NCBI GenBank assembly: GCA_964549075.1
Contig: CAZJUB010000011.1
Span: 3,548-64,893 of the forward strand
From: an uncultured archaeon
Lineage (GTDB): Archaea > Asgardarchaeota > Heimdallarchaeia > Heimdallarchaeales > Heimdallarchaeaceae
Length of the DNA: 61,346 nt
Direction of reading: 5' to 3'
Shown: positions 49,471-58,986 of the stretch, piece after piece
How positions within the stretch are numbered: the stretch's first letter is position 1
Layout of the letters: each line of letters starts with the position of its first letter
Translations under genes and position numbers: made by a program
Notes under the pieces: generated by a model
What the model was told of the DNA's origin: nothing
What the model saw: only the letters and a program-made list of their open reading frames with translations
Database searches by the model: none

Positions 49471-50301
49471 TCAGAGGAAACCAAAAAATGCAGCTATATT
49501 TGCTGGAGTCGTGTTAAAAAAGAAGATTGAATAAACACCCACATATATAGCTATAATAACAGCTTTGAAAATTAATGTAAGTAAATAATTTGTTATAAAA
49601 AGCATGACTGCTAGAGAGATAAGTTTTCCAGCTGTAAGATTTCTTTTTGCATGTTTTTGAGCTGAAACCATCTCTTTCCCCCAATAGGTTTCATCTTCAC
49701 GTTTGAATTGCCAATAATCCTGATAATCTTCCTCGTCAGATTCAGGGTCACAAATAACTCTTATTTTGTCAGTTATCTCTTTTCCTTGAATATCTCTTCC
49801 TACTACTGAAATTATTAGTGAAACTGCTTTACTAGGAGGAGTTTTGAAGATTTTAGGTATTATCAGAAAACTTTCTCTTTCATCGATTTTCTGAGGAATG
49901 GCTTTATCATTGACCATTATTTGGATAGATTCTTTTTCTACTTTCTTTACATCATATCTTACACGAATCTGAAAGTTTTCTGGAGTAACAGATTGATCAT
50001 CTGGCTCTACAATCCTCATTTTTGGTGGAATATTATATCTACTTAAACCACCCATACAGCCACCAATAATCAGAAAAACTGCTGGTATTCCTGTATAAAA
50101 ATAAACACCTGCAATTTCTGTAAACGATGCTTGAGTTAAAGTATCTACTAATATCCACATAATAATTTCAACTAAAAGGATTATCCCTCCCCATTTTAAA
50201 CAGAACCAGCCTATTTTCTTTAGTTTATCATTAAAGGTGAGACTAAGATAGTCAATTTTATCCTCTTTTCTGTGTAAAAATGAGAAACGCATCCTAATCA
50301 C
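49471..50301 (-). CDS. Hypothetical membrane protein with soluble beta-rich (Ig-like) insert
   Basis: Two TM helices, beta-strand-rich domain, further C-terminal TM; last gene of the ABC operon. Confidence 0.65.
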   Translation of the reverse strand: MIRMRFSFLHRKEDKIDYLSLTFNDKLKKIGWFCLKWGGIILLVEIIMWILVDTLTQASFTEIAGVYFYTGIPAVFLIIGGCMGGLSRYNIPPKMRIVEPDDQSVTPENFQIRVRYDVKKVEKESIQIMVNDKAIPQKIDERESFLIIPKIFKTPPSKAVSLIISVVGRDIQGKEITDKIRVICDPESDEEDYQDYWQFKREDETYWGKEMVSAQKHAKRNLTAGKLISLAVMLFITNYLLTLIFKAVIIAIYVGVYSIFFFNTTPANIAAFFGFL

Positions 50302-50551
50302 TTACTATATACTTGAACAATGCAAAAGCATAGAAAACCATCAATGCTGCAAGGTGTATACCAAATACAGCTCCTACTGTACTAGAATATCCCTCGATAG
50401 GTAATTTTCTTGCAACAGAATAGACTAATAAAGTACCACCTCCAAATAATAGAGATACGCTAACAGCTAAAGCTGCCATCATTTTAAAAACGACAACATC
50501 AAATTGTCTATCTGGCTTTGATTTTGTTTTTGGAGGTTTCAATTTGTTCAT
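50294..50551 (-). CDS. Small two-TM hypothetical protein
   Basis: 85 aa with two hydrophobic helices; overlaps the next gene. Confidence 0.6.
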   Translation of the reverse strand: MNKLKPPKTKSKPDRQFDVVVFKMMAALAVSVSLLFGGGTLLVYSVARKLPIEGYSSTVGAVFGIHLAALMVFYAFALFKYIVSD

Positions 50552-50636
50552 AGAACCACGATATTTTTTCTAATGCTTTGATTTATTTAATAGTTTTGAT
50601 TTGCTGTAAGAAAGCTAGAGATTAACATGTGTTGAT

Positions 50637-51503
50637 TTAGTCACATGGTGAAAGATCTTCTTCTTGAGAAAGAATTACTTTACCACCTTCCTGTTCAATA
50701 TTTACTCTTCTTTGTACTTTCAAATTATCTACAATATGTCTAGGGAGTTGAACAGATCCAAACCTATCAAGATACACTTGATGCATATCTTTAATTGTTC
50801 TCAGATCTTTTGTTGGAGCAAAACCAGAAATTCTACCGTTTACAATTTGTATCAGTCTATCAGTTGATTTTGCCACATCGAAATCATGGGTCACCATAAT
50901 TGCTGTTATACCATGTGATTCATTCAAACTCCTAAAAAATTTCAATAACTCTCCTGAGGTCTTAGAATCAAGCTCACCTGTTGGTTCATCAGCTAACAAT
51001 AATTCTGGTTCATGAGCCAACGCACAAGCTAATCCAGCACGCTGCACTTCACCTCCAGAAAGTTGTCCTGGACGATGATTAGCTCGATGCAATAATCCCA
51101 CCTCGTCTAATAAACTATTTACTCTTTTAATCCTCTCCTCTCTTTGAAGTCCACTTAACCTTAGAGGTATCTCAATATTTTGCTGAACATTGATTTCCCA
51201 GATAAGATTTCTATTAGGCAATTGCCAGAGTGTACCTACTTTTGTTCTACGATAAATATTACGAGTTTCTTCATTTAATTGATCCAATCTAATATCACCA
51301 ATACGAACAAATCCTGCTGTAGGTTCTGCCATTCCAGATAGTATGAGAAGAAGAGTTGTTTTTCCACTTCCAGAGGGTCCAATTATTGATATGAATTCCC
51401 CTCTTTCTATTTCCAACTCTATTCCCCTCAATGCTGGGACTTTGTAATAAGTTTCTTTAGCTTGATAAACCTTGATTAAATCTCTTATTTCTATATATGA
51501 CAT
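50637..51503 (-). CDS. ABC ATP-binding protein (LolD/MacB-like) with C-terminal AbrB-like extension
   Basis: GPSGSGKT, LSGGEVQR, LLADEPTGELD, VTHD; tail VYLDRFGSVQLP. Confidence 0.9.
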   Translation of the reverse strand: MSYIEIRDLIKVYQAKETYYKVPALRGIELEIERGEFISIIGPSGSGKTTLLLILSGMAEPTAGFVRIGDIRLDQLNEETRNIYRRTKVGTLWQLPNRNLIWEINVQQNIEIPLRLSGLQREERIKRVNSLLDEVGLLHRANHRPGQLSGGEVQRAGLACALAHEPELLLADEPTGELDSKTSGELLKFFRSLNESHGITAIMVTHDFDVAKSTDRLIQIVNGRISGFAPTKDLRTIKDMHQVYLDRFGSVQLPRHIVDNLKVQRRVNIEQEGGKVILSQEEDLSPCD

Positions 51504-51511
51504 TTTTTCAC

Positions 51512-54500
51512 CTATGCAGATTGTCTTAATTCTGTACCAACTTCATTTTTGGAGATACTAATAGTAGGTATTATAGCTCCAGCAAGTGAAGCAACAAGAA
51601 GTATTGCTAATACTATTGCTATTTGCCCAATTGGGAAATTCATATGGTAAGTTGGAACATTACGATTGATAGATAATATAGACATTAACATGATTGATCC
51701 AATAAATCCAACTACTAAACCAAGTAGTGAACTAAATGAGAGCATCGTTGTATAGATTGACAAGAAATATTTATTGAGTTGTCCAGAGGATATTCCGATA
51801 GCTTTCATTGTTGCAAGTTCTTTATTCTTATCTATTAGCTGTATTGAAGCAAATAAACCTAATATTATGGCATTTATTGCAAAAGACATAAGCAATGTGG
51901 AATTTATTGCTGAATAAAGTATAGAAGATCTAGGACTATCAGGTTTTACAAATAATTCTCCTTCAACATTATATACCTGAACTCCTCCTCCTACTAAAGT
52001 TTCTATTTGATCTGCGGTATCAGAGATATCAAATCCTTCTTTTACTTTAATATAAAGATAGTTTATTGAATTCAAATAATTGTATTGTAAGAAATCCATA
52101 ATATTATCTGGACCAACAAAATGGAAATAAGTTGATCTCACATTATCCAATGTTAAGGATCTCAAGAAATTTGGCCATACATTGAAAGTATCAAGAAACT
52201 TGAATGTTACATCAGTATAAAAAAATGGAGACCCATATTCATCTCTATGACTCTCATTATATGCCCAATAAGTCATGGTCATTTTACTCCCTATATCATA
52301 TTTGAATAAGGAAAGCTCGTCAACTTGGCCTATAACAAAAGTAGAGTTTACTTGACGGGCATAAGCAACATCAGCTAACAATTTATCCAGTGATGATTCA
52401 CTGAAATCCGATCTAAAATATGCTGCTTGTTTAAAAGTATCAGGATTTATAGCTAGAACCGAGACTATCGTAGATACACCTTGAGGATCACGAATATTTA
52501 CAAATCGAACTATAGATGTGGCTTCTATTTGAGTCATATTTTCTATTGTATCTCTAAGAATCGTATTTTCAATTGGAAAGTTTCTAAGTAGGATATCGGA
52601 TCCTAGATCATATTGTGCTCCTTCATAATTGAAATCTTGATAAGTATAAGGTACAACAATGGATGCTACAACTAGTGAGAATGATAAACACAGAATTATA
52701 GAAGAACGTGAATAGCTTTTTTGATATCTGAAAATCTCCCTTAAGCTAAGAGATGGTATGTCCCATTTTAATTTAATACTTAATTTAATGAGCAATTTAG
52801 CAAACAAAGGTAGAATTCTTTGTGCAACTAGAATCATCCCAAATATCGTCAACACAATAGCAGGAATACCTATATATCGAGCTGTTTGATATCTGAATGC
52901 TTGAAGTGCAGGTGTTTTATAAATAATCCAGATAACAACTCCAACTACTAAAATTGCGATATCAACAAAGTATTTGTAGAACGTTGGTAATTTTTTCTCA
53001 ACCTTACCATAATCATCAATATCTCTTTTACGTAAAAGAGTGATAGTATTGAATAACTGAATCAGAATTATTGCTCCTATACTTCCAAAAACTGCTACAG
53101 ATACTGAAGATAACTGTAGTTGAAGCGGGATGGAGTTATTATTGAAGGATAGATAACCTGAACTTCTAGTTAGTAAGGAAGCTATAGGGATACCTCCTGC
53201 AACACCTATTATTAGTGATATACTTCCTACAATAAACGATTCAAGAGCTAGATAAGATCCAATTTCGACTCTGCCTGTTCCTCTATCTGCAAGAATTGTT
53301 AATTGTCTATCTCTTTTCTTTCTCACTAAATTCGCTGCATATATCGTAAGAATAACAGTTAAAGCAATTATAGGAGCTAAAAATGCTAGCATAAATGTCT
53401 GATAAAGGTTATATTCGTTGCGAAATTGCTCTATCAAATCTATTAATGGAGAAGTAATCCTAACAGAAAGATAATCAGCATATGTAAGGTATGCTTCTTT
53501 AAGTTTGTTTCCAAGAATTTTAAGTGTGTTAATTTCATCATTTAATTTAAATGCATCAATAAGTGTAACATCATAAAACAGATCTTCCGTAATATCTCCA
53601 GAATCTACAGATTTAGATATATCATGTAGTCTATTACCCGCAATCGGCCAGAGAGAGATTACTGCTGCAGAATCAGTTAATCCAAGAACTGTCTCTAATG
53701 GAATGCCATATTTGTATTCTAAAACATTATACTTCTGTAAGTCATCAAGAAAAACAATACCAGTCACATTTACAGATGTTTGAGCCCCAGGATCTGTTAG
53801 AGAATCTTCAATATCTAAAGAGACCGGAATATAGAGGTTAAGAGGAGAATAAAGGTTTATAGATGAATGATTGTAAAAATCATGTGTCATTAAAACTATA
53901 GCTTGATCATTGGAAAATGGTTCTGGAGCTGTGCCCATGTCGATATTCTGTTCTATATATGTCCACAACTTCCCATGAGTACCATATAAAGGCATATTTG
54001 GGAGAACGGAGGTATTAGCGAGTGGATCAAACGTTTGCGTGAACGTTGACCGTCTGAAATAAAGGTCAATCTGAGGGACACGCTCAGTAGCATTAGCAAA
54101 ATCAATTGCAAGCTCTGCAATTCTCAAGAAACTGTTATAGTGGTCATAAGTAGCTTCTATATTTACAGTATCTACTTCCACTTGAACATATCTTCTATCT
54201 TCATCAGCTAAATAGAGATCAAAAGCTTGGAACTGATAAGAATAAATAAAAAACACATATTGAGTGATTACAGAGACAGCTAAAGTTACTCCTACCGAAG
54301 AGATTAAAGCATATTTCCAACCAGCTTTGAAGAGAGGTTTGAATAAATGTAATCCTGGTAAAAAGAATATTGTAATTAAATCCACCAAAGGTAAAATAAT
54401 AATAATAACAGGAGAAAAAAACCAAAGTAAAGTGAACATCAATTTCTGGTAGAACACCATGTCTTCCATTTTAGAATTAAATAATACACTGTAAAATGAC

Positions 54501-54595
54501 CTTGTTGTAAGAAAGAAATTTTGCAGTAGATAACGTCTAGACTTCTTTAAACCATTGTTATCTCTCTTCATTAATTTCAGAACACCTACATACAC
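51512..54595 (-). CDS. FtsX/MacB-like ABC permease (duplicated modules)
   Basis: Two FtsX-type modules (RDRQLTILADRG; KELATMKAIG) with large extracytoplasmic domains; alternative ATG at 54571. Confidence 0.85.
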   Translation of the reverse strand: MYVGVLKLMKRDNNGLKKSRRYLLQNFFLTTRSFYSVLFNSKMEDMVFYQKLMFTLLWFFSPVIIIILPLVDLITIFFLPGLHLFKPLFKAGWKYALISSVGVTLAVSVITQYVFFIYSYQFQAFDLYLADEDRRYVQVEVDTVNIEATYDHYNSFLRIAELAIDFANATERVPQIDLYFRRSTFTQTFDPLANTSVLPNMPLYGTHGKLWTYIEQNIDMGTAPEPFSNDQAIVLMTHDFYNHSSINLYSPLNLYIPVSLDIEDSLTDPGAQTSVNVTGIVFLDDLQKYNVLEYKYGIPLETVLGLTDSAAVISLWPIAGNRLHDISKSVDSGDITEDLFYDVTLIDAFKLNDEINTLKILGNKLKEAYLTYADYLSVRITSPLIDLIEQFRNEYNLYQTFMLAFLAPIIALTVILTIYAANLVRKKRDRQLTILADRGTGRVEIGSYLALESFIVGSISLIIGVAGGIPIASLLTRSSGYLSFNNNSIPLQLQLSSVSVAVFGSIGAIILIQLFNTITLLRKRDIDDYGKVEKKLPTFYKYFVDIAILVVGVVIWIIYKTPALQAFRYQTARYIGIPAIVLTIFGMILVAQRILPLFAKLLIKLSIKLKWDIPSLSLREIFRYQKSYSRSSIILCLSFSLVVASIVVPYTYQDFNYEGAQYDLGSDILLRNFPIENTILRDTIENMTQIEATSIVRFVNIRDPQGVSTIVSVLAINPDTFKQAAYFRSDFSESSLDKLLADVAYARQVNSTFVIGQVDELSLFKYDIGSKMTMTYWAYNESHRDEYGSPFFYTDVTFKFLDTFNVWPNFLRSLTLDNVRSTYFHFVGPDNIMDFLQYNYLNSINYLYIKVKEGFDISDTADQIETLVGGGVQVYNVEGELFVKPDSPRSSILYSAINSTLLMSFAINAIILGLFASIQLIDKNKELATMKAIGISSGQLNKYFLSIYTTMLSFSSLLGLVVGFIGSIMLMSILSINRNVPTYHMNFPIGQIAIVLAILLVASLAGAIIPTISISKNEVGTELRQSA

Positions 54596-54655
54596 CTATA
54601 AGCGTTTTTCTTTGACCAGAAAAACCTTTTAAATGCTTTCATAAAAAACATTTTT

Positions 54656-54713
54656 GTCGAAAATTCGAATAATTCGAATATTACGAAAAGTTCAAATATT
54701 CGAACAATTCAGA
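54656..54713. repeat. Array of seven TTCGAA-like palindromic hexamers at 8-9 bp period
   Basis: GTCGAA 54656, TTCGAA 54664, TTCGAA 54673, TACGAA 54682, TTCAAA 54691, TTCGAA 54699, TTCAGA 54708. Confidence 0.8.
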
Positions 54714-54742
54714 TGTTGTCTAGATAATATTACGTGATATTA

Positions 54743-55960
54743 ATGGATAAATTCGAGAAATTGGCTCTAGAGGCAATAGAGGAAAGTAAGAGTAGCACTT
54801 ACACCCCACAGGATCCTTTTGCCTCATTCGGTTTTAGTGCCAATCCCTTTCTCGAAACAGATATAGACCAGTTACAAAAAGAGAAATGCATTGAATCTAG
54901 ATTTCGAGTTGTTATCAAGTATTTTAACAAGGTTTACAATAGTTTCAAAGAAACACAAAATTCAAAGAAAACGGAGGATAGTATAATGGATGGAGTTCTT
55001 TTTGGTTCTCAACAATCGGGTATGAGTACCTTAATTTCACTAGCATACCAATATCTGATTAGAGTTCATGAAGATCTATCAAAAGCAGTTTATGCAGATG
55101 CTTATGATTTAGTAGAATTTGAAGATAATCTGTACTCAATTGCTAAGACTTTCCAGAATTTCAGAAATTATATTGGGAGACAGAATGTTGAAGGAGATGC
55201 TGTTCCACTTCTTATAATAGATCATGCCGATTTTTTAGTTGAATTCTTTGAAGATTTCAGGTATAGTATTGAAAGAGATTTCCAGAATGTACCGATTGTT
55301 TTCATTTTTTCACAATCAGGGTGGATTAGATTAAAAAACGAACTTGCTTTTTCCGATTATGATCTAATTAATCACATGGTTCCAAGCCAGAAGATTAGTC
55401 CTTTGAATGATGACGAAATACTCGAAATACTGATCTTAAAACTATCAAAAAATGATGAGATACAGAATCCATTCTCATTTAATATCCTCAAGGCAATTTC
55501 TAAAAATGCAAGTGGAAGTTTAATTAATGCAATTAAAATTTGTTCCAGAGTTTGTGAAGAATGTTTTTACAACGGTTTAGATACAGCTTCAGTTTCTTTA
55601 GTAAATGATAGTACATCTTCTCTTGGTATTGATGTAAATAGAGAATTTTACGATCTTGTAACATTGAATGACAATACACAGACATTTATTTTATCTTTAA
55701 TTTCGATGAAATCTACTGCTTATGACTTTGGTATCACTTATGATGACATTGTAAATAATCTTGGTATTCAAAAAACATCTGCTTCACACCATTTGAAACA
55801 GCTTCAGGAAAAACGCTATGTACTCAAGAGAACGGTAAATAGGAAGGCGTTTTACAGATTAAGAGATGAATTAAAAACGTTAGCTGACACATATTTGATG
55901 AAAAGCTTTGAACAAAAAGAGACACATGTTCGCTTGGAAAGTATTTCTGATTTAGTTTAA
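54743..55960 (+). CDS. Degenerate AAA+ (Cdc6/ExeA-like) protein with C-terminal ArsR-like wHTH
   Basis: FGFSANPF; Walker A-like GSQQSGMS (Lys to Met); Walker B LLIIDHAD; ISPLNDDEI; ASGSLINAIKIC; ITYDDIVNNLGIQKTSASHHLKQL; GTG at 54734 is an alternative start. Confidence 0.72.
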   Translation: MDKFEKLALEAIEESKSSTYTPQDPFASFGFSANPFLETDIDQLQKEKCIESRFRVVIKYFNKVYNSFKETQNSKKTEDSIMDGVLFGSQQSGMSTLISLAYQYLIRVHEDLSKAVYADAYDLVEFEDNLYSIAKTFQNFRNYIGRQNVEGDAVPLLIIDHADFLVEFFEDFRYSIERDFQNVPIVFIFSQSGWIRLKNELAFSDYDLINHMVPSQKISPLNDDEILEILILKLSKNDEIQNPFSFNILKAISKNASGSLINAIKICSRVCEECFYNGLDTASVSLVNDSTSSLGIDVNREFYDLVTLNDNTQTFILSLISMKSTAYDFGITYDDIVNNLGIQKTSASHHLKQLQEKRYVLKRTVNRKAFYRLRDELKTLADTYLMKSFEQKETHVRLESISDLV

Positions 55961-56488
55961 CTAGGTAATTGTAAAAACTAAATCAGCGGTCTTTTTTAAT
56001 GCCACACTAAAACCTGGTTCAAAACCAATAACAACTGTTTCTATACCTTTTTCTTTTATTTTCAGCAAAATTGGTGAGACTTTTGCATGTCTAGAAGCTA
56101 TAACTACTACATCAGGTTTTATGCCTTTGTCAATTGCTTTTATTATCTCAACTGCCATAAGAATGTAGGTGTCATGAGGACTTACAATTGGTTCATAACC
56201 ACTATTAGTAATTGCTTGTATTAGACTATCAGTTGCGTACTCATTAAGTAAAACTTTTCTAACAACTGTGGTACCCATATCCTTAACTCTTTCATCAATT
56301 TCTTCCAGTTTTATATTTCTGTTCTTGATTTTTCTAAGAAAATTTGGTCCATCAACAAAAACAGCTATTTTTTTCTCACTCGAGATTCTCAGTCTTAAAT
56401 TTTGTATGTAAGAACTACTTATGATTCTTTTTGTAATTCGTTCAATTAACTTCTGCTCTTCAACTGTTTCTTCATCTATTTCGGCCAT
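55961..56488 (-). CDS. NYN/LabA (TIGR00288-like) PIN-fold protein, probably degenerate
   Basis: IAVFVDGPNFLRK, LIQAITNSGYEP, MAVE, KEKGIETVVIG.EPGFSVALKKTAD; probable ATG at 56488. Confidence 0.85.
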   Translation of the reverse strand: MAEIDEETVEEQKLIERITKRIISSSYIQNLRLRISSEKKIAVFVDGPNFLRKIKNRNIKLEEIDERVKDMGTTVVRKVLLNEYATDSLIQAITNSGYEPIVSPHDTYILMAVEIIKAIDKGIKPDVVVIASRHAKVSPILLKIKEKGIETVVIGFEPGFSVALKKTADLVFTIT

Positions 56489-56531
56489 TACTATCACAAT
56501 AAAAGAATAAAAGAAAGAAAAACTAATCTTA

Positions 56532-58160
56532 TCAAGCGTCTTCTTCTTTTTCCTCTTCATAAGAAAGAGGAGGAGTCAAAAGCGCTGTTGATTCAATGAA
56601 GGTCTTTCCTGATTCAATGTTTTGTTTAATATAACCAAAGTAATCTAATTCAAACACATATTTTGATGCAACTTCATCTGGAACATTTAGCATTTTTGAT
56701 AATTCTTCTTTAGCTAGAGGTCGTTGGAAATCATTCAATAAGTATAGAATACGGTATTTTGGATCAGTATTCAAGAATGCTTCTACAGATTTCAAGGATT
56801 TACTTAATGTGTCTATCTTCTTCTTGAATCGTTGAATATCCAACTCATATTGATATTTTTCCTCTGAGGAAATTGTTCCTTGCTTTTCCATTTTTTCAAG
56901 AGTGCCTTTGGTTGATGTTAGCTCTTTGTGTGTTTCATCAAGCCTTGCTTTCAAATCTTCTATGGTATCTTGTTTTTCCAAGATTTCTTCCTCAACTTTT
57001 TCTCGTTCGACAACAGATTTATCAGCTAATTCACGTAATTCTTTTAATTCAGCTTCTTTTTCAGCAAATTGTAAAATCATTTCGTCAGCTTGATTTTGGA
57101 GGTTATGCAATTCTTGTTCTTTTGAACTAATATCTTGTTGGAGATCTACCATTGTTTCAGCTAATCTTTCCATATCAGAGTCTTTCTGGTGTAATTGTTG
57201 TTTCAGTTCAGATACTTGTTCAGTGTCTTCAGCTTTTCCAGCAGCTTGATCTTGAAGCTCTTGAAGCTGTTTTTTCAAAGTATCAATTTGTGATGATTTT
57301 TGTTGTATATCGATTTTTTGATTACGAACAGTATCTTCGTGTTCAGCAATTTGGTTTCTTAAATTGAAGATTGTTTGTCTAGCGTTGTCTAACTGTTTTT
57401 GTAAATCTTCAAATAAATGATCTTCTTTAGACATTGCTTCTGAGGACATAGATCTAAATCTTACTTCCATCTCTTCAACGTGTTTACTCATGGCATCTCT
57501 TTCAATTTTCAATCTATTAAATTCAGATTGAAGATTGTTTTTCTCAAGACTTAGTTGGTGGATAGTCCTATCTTTATCCATTATTATTTGATCTCTTGCT
57601 TCAATAATAGTAGAATCTACACCTACTGTTGTAGCCTTTTCAGATAATTCTCCTATTGCTTGATCCTTGCTCTTAAGTACAGACTGTAGATCAGTAAGTT
57701 CATTCTGTAATGAAATTGTTTCTGCTTTAAGATTACCAATTAAATCATTTAACTCATCAATTTTTAGAGCATCGTCTTGGATTTTAGTTTCAAGCCCTGG
57801 GATTTTTGCTACTTCAATTCTTAGTTTTTCAAGTTCATCAAGCATTTCTTGTGTAATGAGTTTACCATCAATGTAACCTTGTTCAATACCTTGTCTTATT
57901 TTAGATGTACTCTCTGTCACAATCATTAGGTGAATATCTCTCAAAAGGCTAACGTAGCTATCTTTGAAGTTGCGGATTATATTATCAACTTCAGAAACAG
58001 AGTACTGAGCTTTTCCTGGAGCTAATGAATTACTTTTAATTTCTTCAGCTCTAGCTTTTGCTTGTTCCTCTGACGTTGTTCGTATAACTCTCATTTCGCC
58101 TAGAAACTTCTTTACTAAAGAGCGTACAATATTAAAGGGACTTTCAGTTTCTACTGCCAT
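56532..58160 (-). CDS. Long coiled-coil protein with C-terminal winged helix
   Basis: About 370 aa of heptad-rich E/K/Q/L sequence; C-terminal DPKYRILYLL..LAKEELSKMLNV..YVFELDYFGYI. Confidence 0.8.
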   Translation of the reverse strand: MAVETESPFNIVRSLVKKFLGEMRVIRTTSEEQAKARAEEIKSNSLAPGKAQYSVSEVDNIIRNFKDSYVSLLRDIHLMIVTESTSKIRQGIEQGYIDGKLITQEMLDELEKLRIEVAKIPGLETKIQDDALKIDELNDLIGNLKAETISLQNELTDLQSVLKSKDQAIGELSEKATTVGVDSTIIEARDQIIMDKDRTIHQLSLEKNNLQSEFNRLKIERDAMSKHVEEMEVRFRSMSSEAMSKEDHLFEDLQKQLDNARQTIFNLRNQIAEHEDTVRNQKIDIQQKSSQIDTLKKQLQELQDQAAGKAEDTEQVSELKQQLHQKDSDMERLAETMVDLQQDISSKEQELHNLQNQADEMILQFAEKEAELKELRELADKSVVEREKVEEEILEKQDTIEDLKARLDETHKELTSTKGTLEKMEKQGTISSEEKYQYELDIQRFKKKIDTLSKSLKSVEAFLNTDPKYRILYLLNDFQRPLAKEELSKMLNVPDEVASKYVFELDYFGYIKQNIESGKTFIESTALLTPPLSYEEEKEEDA

Positions 58161-58260
58161 TTAATTCAGCTCAAAGCTTTTCTTATAGTTGATATTTAGA
58201 GTTTTGAATATAAGAGTTTTTTCAGATATGCAGTTAAAAACAGAGAAATTAAAAATACAT

Positions 58261-58944
58261 TTAGTCTATTTTCATAACTAAATAAAATAGATTAAAGCGA
58301 AATTCATCGATTTCATGTAAAAAACCTGAAAGCTGAGAAAAAGCCACTATAGGAACATTTTGATAGAATTGAATATCATGATTTCTCCAAGAGATCAATA
58401 AAGGATACAAATAAATTTGTCTTTTTATTGGAAGGTTTAGTTTAGAAACAAGTTCATCATATAATATTGGAAACATGTCTAGTAATACTTCTGCTCTTTC
58501 TTTTTGTTTTATTGCTGCCGTTTTCATTATTGATGAGGACGGATTCTTATAATGTTTGCAATCAATGATGAATAGATAGGGAAATTTGAATGCTAGCACA
58601 TCAATTTCGTAATTAGTGAACTCGTCTTTAAAGCGAAAATTTTGTAGAATGGTAAAACCTAATTTATCGAAGATGGAAGAGATAATTATTTCAAATCCTT
58701 TCCAATCTAAATAAGCAAAAATAGAACTGATATCGGTTCCTTTCTCAACAAGTTTCAACATAATTTCACCTTTAAGATGATCTGAAAATTCAGTTTTATC
58801 AAAAAAACTGGTTATATCGTAACCAAGAGAGGAGAAAATATTACCACATTTTTGTTTAGTTGTAGAATCGAGCTTATCTATAGCGATTTCCTTTGTTGAA
58901 AAAATATGACTAAGAATTACACGGCTAGCTTCGTCTAATTTCAC
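58261..58944 (-). CDS. PD-(D/E)xK endonuclease-fold protein (Mrr/NERD-like)
   Basis: LDWKGFE..F..LGF, NFRF, YEIDVLA, IIDCKHY, A..Q.ER. Confidence 0.8.
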   Translation of the reverse strand: MKLDEASRVILSHIFSTKEIAIDKLDSTTKQKCGNIFSSLGYDITSFFDKTEFSDHLKGEIMLKLVEKGTDISSIFAYLDWKGFEIIISSIFDKLGFTILQNFRFKDEFTNYEIDVLAFKFPYLFIIDCKHYKNPSSSIMKTAAIKQKERAEVLLDMFPILYDELVSKLNLPIKRQIYLYPLLISWRNHDIQFYQNVPIVAFSQLSGFLHEIDEFRFNLFYLVMKID

Positions 58945-58986
58945 AAATAGAAAAAGAGGATTGGAATTTTTAAAGTTCTGGTTGAA

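Noticed and set aside
54656-54713. TTCGAA array as a CRISPR or a eukaryotic heat-shock element
   Set aside because: No spacers or cas genes; the geometry is not nGAAnnTTCn. Kept only as a candidate operator/iteron array
58261-58944. Restriction-modification system
   Set aside because: No methyltransferase nearby; stand-alone Mrr/NERD-like genes are common in archaea
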